A stretch of DNA of 64,000 bases from the sequence record OR258281.1, one strand, 5' to 3'. Positions within the stretch are counted from its first letter, which is position 1. The number at the start of each line of letters is the position of its first letter. The position numbers and the translations under genes were made by a program. The notes beneath the pieces are model-generated. The model worked only from the letters and a program-made list of their open reading frames with translations, was not told the DNA's origin and searched no databases. Positions 21,351 through 33,983 of the stretch are shown in pieces.

Positions 21351-21863
21351 ATGAATCAAATCATTGCCAATGAAAGTATCACCGCAACTCAAGTTCGTTT
21401 AGTACATGAGGGGGTGAGTACGGTAATGGCTACTGCAAGTGCTTTAGAATTCGCCCAATCTAAAGATCTTGATTTAGTACAAATCACTGACCGAGAAGAA
21501 GTACCCGTAGTTAAAGTACTTGATTACAATAAGTACGTTTATGAGATGAAACAAACTCAGAAAGCGAACGATAAAAAGCAACGTACTACTGCTGTTCAGG
21601 TTAAAGAAATTCAACTAAGTTCAGTTACCCAAGAAAATGATTTAAATGTGAAAGTTAAAAAAGCACAGGAATTCATTACTGGTGGTAAACAGGTCCGATT
21701 GGTAATGAAAGTTATTGGTCGTGTAAGTTCTAATAAAGAATTGATTCAGCAAGGTATCTCTAAGATGAATGTCTTTGTGGGTTTCCTTAATAATGTCGAT
21801 TTTGTTCAAACAATCTCAGTACAAGGCAATAACATTGTCTGTACGATTAAAAGTGCGAAGTAA
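21351..21863 (+). CDS. infC: translation initiation factor IF-3
   Basis: ANESITATQVRLV, DLDLVQI, PVVKVLDYNKYVYE, VKEIQL, KAQEFITGGKQVRL. Confidence 0.9.
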   Translation: MNQIIANESITATQVRLVHEGVSTVMATASALEFAQSKDLDLVQITDREEVPVVKVLDYNKYVYEMKQTQKANDKKQRTTAVQVKEIQLSSVTQENDLNVKVKKAQEFITGGKQVRLVMKVIGRVSSNKELIQQGISKMNVFVGFLNNVDFVQTISVQGNNIVCTIKSAK

Positions 21864-21870
21864 TTAAAAT

Positions 21871-21892
21871 AGGGGAATATAAATTCCCCTTT
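21871..21892 (+). terminator. rho-independent terminator
   Basis: aggggaat-ataa-attcccct + T-rich tail. Confidence 0.75.
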
Positions 21893-21909
21893 CTTATTGG
21901 AGAACCACA

Positions 21910-22458
21910 ATGAATAACAATGATATTAACTTAGTTACCTTTGATACAGTACCGGTTAAGGTAACACGTGCAGAATATAAAAATTCAGTATACTTTATTG
22001 CAAATGGTGAGGATATTACTGATTACGTAATTTCCGTACATGGTGAAGTGGATAATGTAGATATTTTAAGTCTACAGAATGTAGTAAGTAACTATTTGTA
22101 TGATAACCCGGATAAAAAAGTAGTTGATTATCCAGTGTTCAACTTCTATCTTCTGGATGATAAATTCACTTCTGAAATGTATGTACATTCATTCTGTCGG
22201 GAAATCTTAGGTTTCCGTACTCGCCAGTGTGAGAACGTAGTAAATGATCTGAACTCAGCATCAGGTGAAGCATTCTGCGGTACTTTTATCAAAGAAGTAT
22301 GTACCACTCTGTGTGCATTCATCACACACAATAACTATCAGCGTTCTGAGAATCTTGGCTTCCGTATCGAAGAACTTTCTGAAGAACAGAAAATCGAGAA
22401 CTTGAGTAAAGATGCACTCAGTAAACTGATTAGTCGCGATTACCCACAAGATCTATAA
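21910..22458 (+). CDS. hypothetical protein
   Basis: 182 aa with SD ggag. Confidence 0.75.
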   Translation: MNNNDINLVTFDTVPVKVTRAEYKNSVYFIANGEDITDYVISVHGEVDNVDILSLQNVVSNYLYDNPDKKVVDYPVFNFYLLDDKFTSEMYVHSFCREILGFRTRQCENVVNDLNSASGEAFCGTFIKEVCTTLCAFITHNNYQRSENLGFRIEELSEEQKIENLSKDALSKLISRDYPQDL

Positions 22459-22478
22459 TAGCTGACTCCAAGGCATAA

Positions 22479-24633
<2,155 letters not shown>

Positions 24634-24634
24634 A

Positions 24635-25267
24635 ATGGAAAAGAAAGATATTTCTGAAGATCTACGTACCTGGGCTGATATTGTTCAGAACGCTGATATT
24701 GAAAAACAGATTGATGATGCACAGGAACAAACTCTTATAAGTACTGGTCGTGAAGAACTGGATGAGATGCCTATGGTTCATGACATTTACGATGGTGATC
24801 GTGAAGATGCTGATGCTACTTTAGGTTATCAGACTGATGGTCTTGAAACTTCTAAACTAGTACCAGTACAAGACAAGGGTGATTATAAGATTTTCAAAAA
24901 CCCACGTGGTGATAGTTACTTTGCTTATAATGCAAATGGTAAGTGTATTGGTTTACTACGTGGTACTAAATCAGGTTCAGTACTTATTGTTGATAATACT
25001 GTGGCTGATAGTACTTCAGGTGTTAAGGGTGTAATGTTTAATGTCTTTATGGCTGCAATTGCCGATGGTAATAAAATTCTCAGTGACGTAACACATTCTC
25101 CGGCAGCAAAACAGTTTTGGCAGAGATTGATTACAACAGGCCATACAGTTTATTTCGTAGTATATGGTGAAGTCAAAGGCAAAGTTACTCCAGAAAACAT
25201 GGAGCAACTATGGACTGATAATATAGAAAACGATGCAGCAGATATTAGACTACTTTTAGTAAAATAA
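24635..25267 (+). CDS. hypothetical protein, possible GNAT-like fold
   Basis: KGVMFNVF...KILSDVTHSPAAKQFWQRL pattern. Confidence 0.45.
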   Translation: MEKKDISEDLRTWADIVQNADIEKQIDDAQEQTLISTGREELDEMPMVHDIYDGDREDADATLGYQTDGLETSKLVPVQDKGDYKIFKNPRGDSYFAYNANGKCIGLLRGTKSGSVLIVDNTVADSTSGVKGVMFNVFMAAIADGNKILSDVTHSPAAKQFWQRLITTGHTVYFVVYGEVKGKVTPENMEQLWTDNIENDAADIRLLLVK

Positions 25268-25273
25268 ATAATA

Positions 25274-25301
25274 ATGGAGTACTTAGGTACTCCATTTTTT
25301 T
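25274..25301 (+). terminator. rho-independent terminator
   Basis: atggagtac-ttag-gtactccat + T run. Confidence 0.85.
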
Positions 25302-25302
25302 A

Positions 25303-25331
25303 TGAAACAAAATATAAACTCGTTCTATACT
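25303..25331 (+). promoter_or_regulatory. phage promoter TGAAAC-N17-TATACT
   Basis: exact motif and spacing upstream of topoisomerase. Confidence 0.75.
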
Positions 25332-25369
25332 TATATGGCTAAGAGACAAAGAAAAGGAAATTAAGCAAA

Positions 25370-27343
25370 ATGGCAAAGGAAAAGAAAAGTGCAGTTCTAG
25401 CTGAACATGATGTACAGCGACTATCGGACTATCAACATGCTCGTATTCGTACTGAAATGTATCTAGGTTCACGTGAAGAACAAGAACAGCCAGTTCTTAT
25501 TTTTGGCGAGAATGGATATGAAGTAAAAAATGTTGCATGGGTTCCTGCATTACTTACTGCATTTCGTGAGATTGTTGATAACTCTCTTGACGAATTTACC
25601 AAAGCTCGTACTAAAGATGCAACATTAAGAGTACAATATAATGAAGATACTCTAGAGTTCGAAATCTCCGATAATGGTCGTGGTATTCCAATTGACTATG
25701 TACCAGAGTTCGGAAAACACTTGTGTACTATGGTTATGTCCGAAACTAAAACGGGTCGTAACTTTGATGATTCACAACGTAAAGGTACATCAGGCCAGAA
25801 CGGTCTAGGTGGTTCTATTACTATGTGCGTCAGTGCAGAAGCTGAGATTGAAATTCATCGTGCAGGCCGTCCATATAAAACGGACAAGGCTAATGATGAA
25901 TATACTGGAATATATAAATTCAATCAAAAATTCAAGGAAGGTAATGAGTTTTTCCCGGAAATGATTATTGAAGAACCTACTATTCGCAAAGTAAAAGCGG
26001 ATAAGACCGGTACTACAATTCGTTACCGTTTGAATACTACTGAAGTATTCCGTAAGAGTCAGAAATTACCAACCGAATTAGTATACAGTATTCTAAAAGA
26101 AATTGCCGTAGCTAATCCTGATTATAAAATTTTCCTGAATGACAAACGTATTCAGGCTAAAGGTACAGTTGAGAAATGTCTGTTTGGCGTCAGTAAGGCT
26201 ATGAGTCTTGTCGTACAGGATAATGAATTCTACAGTACTTTTTACGTAGTACCCAATTCTGTGAAAGAACAAGCAATGAACCTTCATATGCATGGTATCG
26301 TGAATAACGTACCTTCATTTGATGCTGGTACACATCTTGATACTTTTAAGAAAAACTTTGCACTTGGTGTTATTAAATCTCTTGAAAAAGAATCAAAGAA
26401 AAAGAAACTAACTCCAAACCGTTCTGATATTGAAGAAGGTCTGTTAATCTATAATATCACAACAATGAACGCACCATATTTTGCATCTCAAACAAAAACC
26501 AAACTCATTAATGAAGAGGTTATCAAACCAATTGCTTCAGCTATGAGTACTGATTATTTTGATGATCTGGTTAAACGTAATAAGACGTGGATTGAAGAAA
26601 TCTATGCTCGTTGTGCAGAACGTACTAATAAGAAAGATGCAGAAGAAGACCGTAAAGCAGCTAAGAAGCTACTACGCGGTAAAGTTGCTAAACTGGTTGA
26701 CGCAACTTCAAAAGACCGTATGTCATGTTCTCTGTTCATTGCTGAAGGTAACTCAGCAGCAGGTTCTATCAGTGGTTCACGTGATTCTAAGATTCATGGT
26801 ATTTTACCGCTTCGTGGTAAAATTAAGAACGTAACTGGTAATGAAAAAGTCAGTACTATTATGGAGTCAGAAGCACTGAAGGATATTATGTCCTCACTGA
26901 ATCTAATTCCAGGACAAAAAGCAGTCCGTTCAGAACTGAATTATGGGCGTGTATTCATTGCAACAGATGAAGACCTTGACGGGTACAACATTGCTGCACT
27001 ACTGAATAATTTCTTCTATAAATTCTGGCCTGAACTATATGAAGACGAAAATGATCCGTTCATTTATGTTTTCAAAACTCCATTTATTATTCTGGAGAAG
27101 GGTAAAGAAAGTAATTATTTCTATGGTCATAACTATAATGATTATAAACCTGAAGAATGGACAGGCTGGAAAGCTCGTCGTGCAAAAGGTTTAGGTACTC
27201 TACAAAAGAAAGATTGGGATGCAGCGTTATCTAACATGTATTGTGTAGCTATTACCGAAAGTAATGGTGAACTAGGAAAAGTACTGGAATTACTTTTCAA
27301 TGACAATGCTGATGACCGTAAAGAATGGATGGCTGACAAATAA
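25370..27343 (+). CDS. type II DNA topoisomerase large subunit (GyrB-like, T4 gp39+60 fused)
   Basis: EIVDNSLDE, DNGRGIP, GQNGLG, IAEGNSA, PLRGKI, ATDEDLDG, KGLG. Confidence 0.95.
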   Translation: MAKEKKSAVLAEHDVQRLSDYQHARIRTEMYLGSREEQEQPVLIFGENGYEVKNVAWVPALLTAFREIVDNSLDEFTKARTKDATLRVQYNEDTLEFEISDNGRGIPIDYVPEFGKHLCTMVMSETKTGRNFDDSQRKGTSGQNGLGGSITMCVSAEAEIEIHRAGRPYKTDKANDEYTGIYKFNQKFKEGNEFFPEMIIEEPTIRKVKADKTGTTIRYRLNTTEVFRKSQKLPTELVYSILKEIAVANPDYKIFLNDKRIQAKGTVEKCLFGVSKAMSLVVQDNEFYSTFYVVPNSVKEQAMNLHMHGIVNNVPSFDAGTHLDTFKKNFALGVIKSLEKESKKKKLTPNRSDIEEGLLIYNITTMNAPYFASQTKTKLINEEVIKPIASAMSTDYFDDLVKRNKTWIEEIYARCAERTNKKDAEEDRKAAKKLLRGKVAKLVDATSKDRMSCSLFIAEGNSAAGSISGSRDSKIHGILPLRGKIKNVTGNEKVSTIMESEALKDIMSSLNLIPGQKAVRSELNYGRVFIATDEDLDGYNIAALLNNFFYKFWPELYEDENDPFIYVFKTPFIILEKGKESNYFYGHNYNDYKPEEWTGWKARRAKGLGTLQKKDWDAALSNMYCVAITESNGELGKVLELLFNDNADDRKEWMADK

Positions 27344-27363
27344 TACTTCAAGGATGAACTAAA

Positions 27364-28764
27364 ATGGCTAAGAAGCAAGAACAAAAAGAATACAAAATTA
27401 CACTACTACCGAAAAACAGTGCAGAGTACGTAAATGATACATCTCTTGAGTACTCAATTTATACCCTTGACCGTGCTATTCCAAGTATGATCGATGGTCT
27501 TAAAAGTGCTCAGCGTAAAGCACTGTACATCATGAGTAAAATCAATGGTGAGAAGAAGACTGTAGCTATCGGAGGCGATATGATCGCCTCTAACATCTAT
27601 TTGCATGGTGACTCAAGTGCCAACGGTACGCTATCATTGATGGCGTCTCCAGTGGCTAATAACATCCCGTTAATTCAGGGTGTGGGATTCTTTGGTTCAG
27701 TAGTTGAAACCGAAGCTGCAAGTCCACGTTATACATATTGTAAGAAAAATATCAATACGGAAAAACTAATTTATCCTGATATTAATATCGTACCAATGCA
27801 GGATAACTATGATGGAAGTACCCAGGAACCATCGCACTTCCTACCTATTATTCCTACTGTACTATTGAATGGTGTTGTTGGTATTGCTGTTGGTTATAAA
27901 AGTACTGTACTGCCTTATACTATAAAAGATGTTGTTAATAACACCTTAAAAGCTATTGATGACAAAGAACTTTCATATATGAAACCTACATTCGAAGGTT
28001 ATGGTACAAATGATCTTGTTGATCATAACGGAGAAGGTAAGTATACATTCTATGGTAAAGTAAAAATTATTGATGGAAGTAGTCTTAAAGTAGTCGGTCT
28101 TCCACCTAATCTAAGTCTTGAGAAGTTCGTAGAGAAGCTGATTAAGATGGAAGAAGATGGCAAGATTCGCGACTACGAAAATAACAGTACTGATATTGTT
28201 GATATTGATATTAAATTACCACGTGGTGCATCTGCAAGCTGGAATGAAATGGATGCTATTAAGTATCTGAACCTGAGTACTAGTGTGACTCAATCACTAG
28301 TAGTACTAGGAAGTACAGGTAAAGTTCGTACTTATGGTAACGATACCAGTACTATGATTAAAGACTTCGTTAAATTCCGTTTCACTTATTATATTAAACG
28401 TTATGAGAAGTTGCTACAGGATACGATGCTGGAGCTACGTTATAAACTTCTGATTAAAGAATGTTTCGATAACAATATTCCATCTCAAATAAAGGGTTTT
28501 AAAAACCGTGCAGAAATGACACAGGCTATTAATAACCTTAATGCAGTGATCGAAGCGACTCCTGCTAATGTGGATAGTATTGTTGCCTTTGCATCATATC
28601 GCTGGACTGAAGAGTACTATACTGATGTGCTTAATGAGATTAACACTCTAGTACAAAATATCGGTACTTACGAAAACATGCTTAAGAATGAAAGTCTCAT
28701 TTGGGATGTATATCGTTCAGAAGTTAAAGACCTACTGAATGTTAAGTTTTATACTGGACGTTAA
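27364..28764 (+). CDS. type II DNA topoisomerase medium subunit (GyrA-like, T4 gp52)
   Basis: RAIPSMIDGLKSAQRK, YLHGD, AASPRY (catalytic Tyr), LLNGVVGIAVGY. Confidence 0.95.
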   Translation: MAKKQEQKEYKITLLPKNSAEYVNDTSLEYSIYTLDRAIPSMIDGLKSAQRKALYIMSKINGEKKTVAIGGDMIASNIYLHGDSSANGTLSLMASPVANNIPLIQGVGFFGSVVETEAASPRYTYCKKNINTEKLIYPDINIVPMQDNYDGSTQEPSHFLPIIPTVLLNGVVGIAVGYKSTVLPYTIKDVVNNTLKAIDDKELSYMKPTFEGYGTNDLVDHNGEGKYTFYGKVKIIDGSSLKVVGLPPNLSLEKFVEKLIKMEEDGKIRDYENNSTDIVDIDIKLPRGASASWNEMDAIKYLNLSTSVTQSLVVLGSTGKVRTYGNDTSTMIKDFVKFRFTYYIKRYEKLLQDTMLELRYKLLIKECFDNNIPSQIKGFKNRAEMTQAINNLNAVIEATPANVDSIVAFASYRWTEEYYTDVLNEINTLVQNIGTYENMLKNESLIWDVYRSEVKDLLNVKFYTGR

Positions 28765-28770
28765 TAAATC

Positions 28771-28796
28771 AAAGCCTCTTATATAGAGGCTTTTTT
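28771..28796 (+). terminator. rho-independent terminator
   Basis: aaagcctct-tatat-agaggcttt + T run. Confidence 0.85.
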
Positions 28797-28798
28797 CA

Positions 28799-28806
28799 TA
28801 TAAATA
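28799..28806 (+). promoter_or_regulatory. late promoter TATAAATA
   Basis: exact T4 late consensus between terminator and large structural-like gene. Confidence 0.7.
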
Positions 28807-28837
28807 TCTGTAACATTCGAATGTTGGAGATATATAA

Positions 28838-31210
28838 ATGGCTAATTTTGACCCTAAATGGGACATTACATTAGACAGCACTGTTATTCAGGAAGGACAA
28901 AATACCTTCTGTAGATTAAAGCTGTCTAAAGCTGATGAGTCGGTTAGTAATAATTATTATCTTGATACGGATCAGTACCTTGAAATAAGCTTTGATATCA
29001 AGCTACAGGGTGCAACCGTTCTGGAACGTGATTATACTGTAAGTGTAGGTGAAAGTACCTCGACGCTTGTTCCGATTGCTAACGCTAACACTGGTACAAC
29101 AAAAATAAATGGTACTCATATTGTAAAACTCAATAAGAAGAATTTCCAGTTAACCGGAACTAATATTGATGCGTACCTTATTAAAATTACATGCCCCGAT
29201 GACGGTATTTGGGATGATGACCAAAGTATTGCAATTACACTTAATTATGTAAAAGTTAATAAAGTACAGGATGACGTTGTTACTTCTATTACTGATAGTG
29301 GCATTATTGGTGTAAGTACTCTTACTCTGATTTATGATAGTTCCAATGATGTATGGGTTACACCTGACCTGATCACTCATGGCGATCAACTGTTCACGAT
29401 AGGTGCGATTGATTTTGGAGCAGAAAGTCGTTTATTCGTGCAAGCATATGGTAAATCAGTATATGATAGTTCTATATCAGCCTCACGTGTTTTTGTACCA
29501 TCTTATCAGTTACTGGATATGACTGAAGCCGAAATGCCGAAAAAACATATTACAGGTTCTGGTACTATCAGCACAAGACAGAACGTACCTAATGCTGTTA
29601 CTAACGAAGAAGTACTAATGTACCTTAAAGATGGTAATGGTGCTATGGTAAACAGTGGATTACGATTCAATAACAACAACGGACAATTTGTACAGATTCT
29701 TCAGTACGATTCAGAACCAGTTGACCTGTATTTTAAAGTTCGTATATCAAGTATTGACTTGTACTATAACTATGATACTGATGCGTATTATGAAGGTAAA
29801 CGTTTTCGTGCATATGCATTATTCGTCGCACCACAAGATGTAAGTGGTTTTGATAATCCACCTATTCCCGGTCATCTATATCAGCTAAAGAATACTAAAG
29901 TCTATCCTTATGTAGTTAAAACCACTACAGTAGATGGTAAGGAATATCTTAAGTTTGAATCAGAGTACTGGTTAGATATGGGTCTGTATGATAGTACATT
30001 AGGTGAAGGTATTTTAGGTAAAACTAAAATCTTCCGTATAGTACTGAATAATAACTATGGTAGTACTATTTCATTCGATACCGAACCAAATCTAGGTACT
30101 GTACATGTTGGTGAATACTTTGGACATACCAAATATCCAAAAATAATTGCCAGTGGTTCTGATCTAATCACCTATACATTAAGTTCAGCATCAGTTGATG
30201 ATATAACCAAGTACAATCTAGGTTTGAGTGCAGATGGTTTTATTACAGGAACTGCGTACTGTAAAGGTGCAGATTTTAATAGTAATGACGAATTACCTTT
30301 ATCATTTATTGTTACCGCAACTGCCAAAGATGGTTCTTCAGTATCACAAGAATTTAAGTTAACTATTGTACGTGGTTTCGGTGAGAACTATATCAGTTCT
30401 TACCTTCAGCCAACGTCTGCATTAGAAAGAAGTTATTTCCAATGCATATCAAGTAATACCTTTAACAAGTTTAAGTACTACAGAGAATCAGATTCAAGGT
30501 TCGGTCGTCAGAGAGTACCTAATATTCTGTTAAAAGAGAACTTCGTAAATCCTAATGGTAATTTTACTGATATTAAAACAGCTAAGTCAGAACTACGTTC
30601 TAAGATAATTGATACTGTTAATGGTGCTCTCATCCCTGATAGTACTTTCCGGTACGTTATCGGAAACTACAAAGTTATTACTGCTGTTGATAATGATGGT
30701 AATGAATTATATGACGTTCTTTATCGTGAATTGCTTCCATTCGGAAGTACACCTAAGAAAGAACTTGACCCTAGAGTTTACAATAGTACTGACTACTTCG
30801 ACTTATCTGAAGTATATGGATTAAGACAGAATATATACAATGTACTCGGTGAAGATACTAAGAACTTGGTGAATGATCCTGACGATTTCGAAAACCGTGC
30901 AATATCAGTTCCAGAACTGGACAGTATCAGTATTTCTATGGTAGATACAGTACCACGTTTTATGAATCACACACAAGGTACTAGTGGTATTAAAGATGGC
31001 TATCGTCCTGTAATGGTTGTTGCATATTTGCAGCCCGGAGAAGGGGATAACCTATTCAGTGCATTAGTTGGTGCTGATGAGAATTCAGTAATGCTGGGTA
31101 CAGTAGTGGAAGTACAGTACGTTAAGTTCAAGTACTTCTCGGAAGAGAATGGGAAATATGTTGAGCAGAGTTTTGCTATTCCTATTCCAGTACGTTCGTT
31201 AATGGCATAA
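28838..31210 (+). CDS. large virion structural protein (baseplate/tail-like)
   Basis: 790 aa, beta-rich, Ig-like segment (LGLSADGFITGTA), late promoter. Confidence 0.6.
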   Translation: MANFDPKWDITLDSTVIQEGQNTFCRLKLSKADESVSNNYYLDTDQYLEISFDIKLQGATVLERDYTVSVGESTSTLVPIANANTGTTKINGTHIVKLNKKNFQLTGTNIDAYLIKITCPDDGIWDDDQSIAITLNYVKVNKVQDDVVTSITDSGIIGVSTLTLIYDSSNDVWVTPDLITHGDQLFTIGAIDFGAESRLFVQAYGKSVYDSSISASRVFVPSYQLLDMTEAEMPKKHITGSGTISTRQNVPNAVTNEEVLMYLKDGNGAMVNSGLRFNNNNGQFVQILQYDSEPVDLYFKVRISSIDLYYNYDTDAYYEGKRFRAYALFVAPQDVSGFDNPPIPGHLYQLKNTKVYPYVVKTTTVDGKEYLKFESEYWLDMGLYDSTLGEGILGKTKIFRIVLNNNYGSTISFDTEPNLGTVHVGEYFGHTKYPKIIASGSDLITYTLSSASVDDITKYNLGLSADGFITGTAYCKGADFNSNDELPLSFIVTATAKDGSSVSQEFKLTIVRGFGENYISSYLQPTSALERSYFQCISSNTFNKFKYYRESDSRFGRQRVPNILLKENFVNPNGNFTDIKTAKSELRSKIIDTVNGALIPDSTFRYVIGNYKVITAVDNDGNELYDVLYRELLPFGSTPKKELDPRVYNSTDYFDLSEVYGLRQNIYNVLGEDTKNLVNDPDDFENRAISVPELDSISISMVDTVPRFMNHTQGTSGIKDGYRPVMVVAYLQPGEGDNLFSALVGADENSVMLGTVVEVQYVKFKYFSEENGKYVEQSFAIPIPVRSLMA

Positions 31211-31222
31211 GGGGAATATAAA

Positions 31223-31522
31223 ATGTTAAGTCCATTTTTTGATCCAAGTTTGCTTTCTGAAAAAGAGCTAATGAATAAAATTGATGAAGTCTCGGGTCGG
31301 ATTATTAAGGCACGTATGGCAGGAATCGATTATAATGTAGTTGAAAGCATGAAGATGATTATAGCAACGTGCGAGGAAGAACTTCGCACTCGCTATGGTC
31401 TTAAAGCACTTGAAGAAGCTAAGAAAAGTGATCCCTGTATTTTTCAGAGTGATTACGATTACAGCAAAGAAGATGAAATACATGAAAGTACAAAGAAATC
31501 GATCAATAGACCAAAATGGTAA
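31223..31522 (+). CDS. hypothetical protein
   Basis: 99 aa with SD. Confidence 0.7.
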   Translation: MLSPFFDPSLLSEKELMNKIDEVSGRIIKARMAGIDYNVVESMKMIIATCEEELRTRYGLKALEEAKKSDPCIFQSDYDYSKEDEIHESTKKSINRPKW

Positions 31523-32000
31523 TGTAAAACTGGATTTGAATGCAGCGGTATATTCAATTAACGCTGGATTCAATGTCCAGGACATACAAATTCAAGATCT
31601 AAATAGTGATGAAATTGAGTTATTCAATAAGCATTGCAAAGATTTTGGATTTGAAGAACGTATATTCAATCATGAAGTTAATCATGAGAACAATCACGAA
31701 CTATGGAAATACGATTCTGCATACGACAAATTAAACCTTGAAGATTATTTCCTTAATTTATGTAGTACTCAGGAACAAAAGGATCGAGTACTGTATGAAC
31801 TTAAGTTGTATACTGAATATAACATGACTAAACTATTACGTTGTATGTTATGGTTGGTACACACATTTGAAGAGAATAATGTGTTTTGGGGTGTTGGTCG
31901 TGGTAGTTCAGTAAGTTCATATTGTTTGTATTTGATTGGTTTGCATATGATAGATTCCATTAAATACGATCTTGATGTACATGAATTTTTGAAATGGTGA
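31482..32000 (+). CDS. DNA polymerase III alpha (DnaE)-like fragment
   Basis: RVLYEL...WGVGRGSSVSSYCLYLIGLHMIDSIKYDL matches the DnaE GRGS region; only about 172 aa. Confidence 0.75.
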   Translation: MKVQRNRSIDQNGNVKLDLNAAVYSINAGFNVQDIQIQDLNSDEIELFNKHCKDFGFEERIFNHEVNHENNHELWKYDSAYDKLNLEDYFLNLCSTQEQKDRVLYELKLYTEYNMTKLLRCMLWLVHTFEENNVFWGVGRGSSVSSYCLYLIGLHMIDSIKYDLDVHEFLKW

Positions 32001-32018
32001 CCGTTCTTGAACTATACT
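31990..32018 (+). promoter_or_regulatory. phage promoter variant TGAAAT-N17-TATACT
   Basis: same spacing as TGAAAC class. Confidence 0.6.
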
Positions 32019-32035
32019 AATAAGGAAGTTAGAAA

Positions 32036-32398
32036 ATGAAACACACAAGTTATCGTGGTAAGCAAGTTGACATGGATATGTTACGTTTCCAGAACCAGCA
32101 CAGTGTTGCAATTGGTAATGCCAATATGAATGCACGTGGTGACGTTCTTGGTCGTGGTGGAGTGATTGTTAAAACTCGCGAAGAACTCTTGAAAGAGCGT
32201 GAAGTACAAATGACTAAGCCAGATTTTAATCCACAATCACAAACATCATCCGCTTCACCTGAAATGGAAACAGTATCTTTTACTAATCCAGGTGCTAAAG
32301 GTTTTGTTGATTTTACTGCTGATGATGAACCAGAAGCAACAACAGAACCAGAAGTACAGGAAGCACCTGCTAAAAGAGCACCACGCAAAAAGGATTAA
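32036..32398 (+). CDS. hypothetical protein
   Basis: 120 aa; YRGKQVDMDMLRF, AIGNANMNARGDVLGRGG. Confidence 0.75.
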   Translation: MKHTSYRGKQVDMDMLRFQNQHSVAIGNANMNARGDVLGRGGVIVKTREELLKEREVQMTKPDFNPQSQTSSASPEMETVSFTNPGAKGFVDFTADDEPEATTEPEVQEAPAKRAPRKKD

Positions 32399-32408
32399 GA
32401 GGTAATAC

Positions 32409-32720
32409 ATGGAGTCTAAAGTAATTGAAGCCTGTAAAGGTAAAGTACTCGTAACTGAACTGGAAACCGGAGAACGTGTTCTGGATTCCAAAATCATCAT
32501 TCCTAATGATGACGGTAAATTAAGTGGTATTCGTTCACGCTGGGCTAAAGTATATGCCATTGGTGATGATATTACTGATATTTCTGAAGGTGAGTACATT
32601 CTTATTTCACATGGTCGCTGGAGTCGCACTATCGAAATTGATGGTGTAAAACTAAATTTAGTTGACTACCCTAAAGGCGTCCTGGCTGTATCGCCGGATA
32701 AACCAAAAACTCGTTATTAA
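32409..32720 (+). CDS. groES: GroES-like co-chaperonin
   Basis: KVLV...KIIIP...AKVYAIG..ISEGEYILI GroES pattern. Confidence 0.75.
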   Translation: MESKVIEACKGKVLVTELETGERVLDSKIIIPNDDGKLSGIRSRWAKVYAIGDDITDISEGEYILISHGRWSRTIEIDGVKLNLVDYPKGVLAVSPDKPKTRY

Positions 32721-32726
32721 TATTTT

Positions 32727-32752
32727 AAGGCACTCAGTAGAGTGCCTTTTTT
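32727..32752 (+). terminator. rho-independent terminator
   Basis: aaggcactc-agta-gagtgcctt + T run. Confidence 0.85.
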
Positions 32753-32766
32753 CATGGAGTGAATTT

Positions 32767-33381
32767 ATGCATTACTATTTCTATTCGGACCTCAAAGACT
32801 GCAATATCGTCGCTGGTGAAGCTGAAGCATTTTTTAAAGATGCAGTCAATGATGTTGATGAACTAATTAGTTATGGAAAGCTAAATGGTAATTATCATAC
32901 TTTAGATAATCCCCCATCTGATGTTGTTAAAAAATTACTATTCGGCACTAAAAAGGGTCACATCTATCGGTTCGAAACAAAAAATAAATTATCAGAATCT
33001 AAAGTAAAATTGCTAATCAGTACTCTCATTATGAATATCATGGGTAATGTACAAATTATTCCAGCTTCTAAATTTAAAGAACCTGAAATATATAAAGAGT
33101 TTCTGAATAAATTACTTGCTCGTACTAAACAATCGTATAACCGAGTAATCGCTGATGATCTCGACACGAAATATAAATTTACTGGCAATAATACGTCATT
33201 TGCATTACAGTTAAAAGTCTCACGATTTAATGAAGATTGGTGGCAAAGACAATCTAAAGGTTTAACATTTAAAACAAACTGGATGCATTATTATATTCAC
33301 TATGAGGTTGATAACTTTCTCATACATCATGAAGCACTTAATGCGTTAAATGCACTTCAAGAGAAGTCAGAGGGAAAATAA
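32767..33381 (+). CDS. hypothetical protein, tandem family A member 1
   Basis: MHYYFYSDLKDCNI...LIMNIMGNVQI, close to next ORF. Confidence 0.75.
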   Translation: MHYYFYSDLKDCNIVAGEAEAFFKDAVNDVDELISYGKLNGNYHTLDNPPSDVVKKLLFGTKKGHIYRFETKNKLSESKVKLLISTLIMNIMGNVQIIPASKFKEPEIYKEFLNKLLARTKQSYNRVIADDLDTKYKFTGNNTSFALQLKVSRFNEDWWQRQSKGLTFKTNWMHYYIHYEVDNFLIHHEALNALNALQEKSEGK

Positions 33382-33983
33382 TGAAGTACTATTTTTATTC
33401 CGATTTCAAAGACTGCAATATTCTTTCTGGTGATGCAGAAGAGATGTTTACTACAGCAGTTAATGATGTTGATGAATTAGTTTCGTATGGGAAACTTAAT
33501 GGTAAAGATTTTGATTTATATAATCAACCATCAATTAAAATTAAAAAACATCTGTTCGGCACAGCAAAAGGTCATATTTACGTATTTGAAACCGTAAATG
33601 AATTATCTGAACCTAAATTAAAAGTACTTAAAAATAGTCTTATTATGAATATTATGGGTAATGTTCAAATTGTGCCTACCTCTGATTTTCTTAAAGATGA
33701 TGTTTTTAAAAACTACCTAGAAAAACAAATAAAAAGTACTAAAAAATCATATGACAGAATTCTTCTGGATAAAATTGATACCAGATACAATGTTATGAAT
33801 AATTATGAAACATCTGATGATTTCTATAGTATTTGTTCAAGAATGCAAAATGATTATTATCAAAGTGGTTATTTAGGAATAATGAAATATAAAGCTAATT
33901 GGGATTATCACGATTTTTTCTGTAATACAAGAAATTTTATAATTCACACATTATGCAAAGATAAATTAAAGGAATTAGAATGA
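33381..33983 (+). CDS. hypothetical protein, tandem family A member 2
   Basis: MKYYFYSDFKDCNI...LIMNIMGNVQI. Confidence 0.8.
   Translation: MKYYFYSDFKDCNILSGDAEEMFTTAVNDVDELVSYGKLNGKDFDLYNQPSIKIKKHLFGTAKGHIYVFETVNELSEPKLKVLKNSLIMNIMGNVQIVPTSDFLKDDVFKNYLEKQIKSTKKSYDRILLDKIDTRYNVMNNYETSDDFYSICSRMQNDYYQSGYLGIMKYKANWDYHDFFCNTRNFIIHTLCKDKLKELE

Noticed and set aside
25370-27343. T4 gene 60-type translational bypass or split in the topoisomerase large subunit
   Set aside because: Single continuous 657-aa frame with all motifs.
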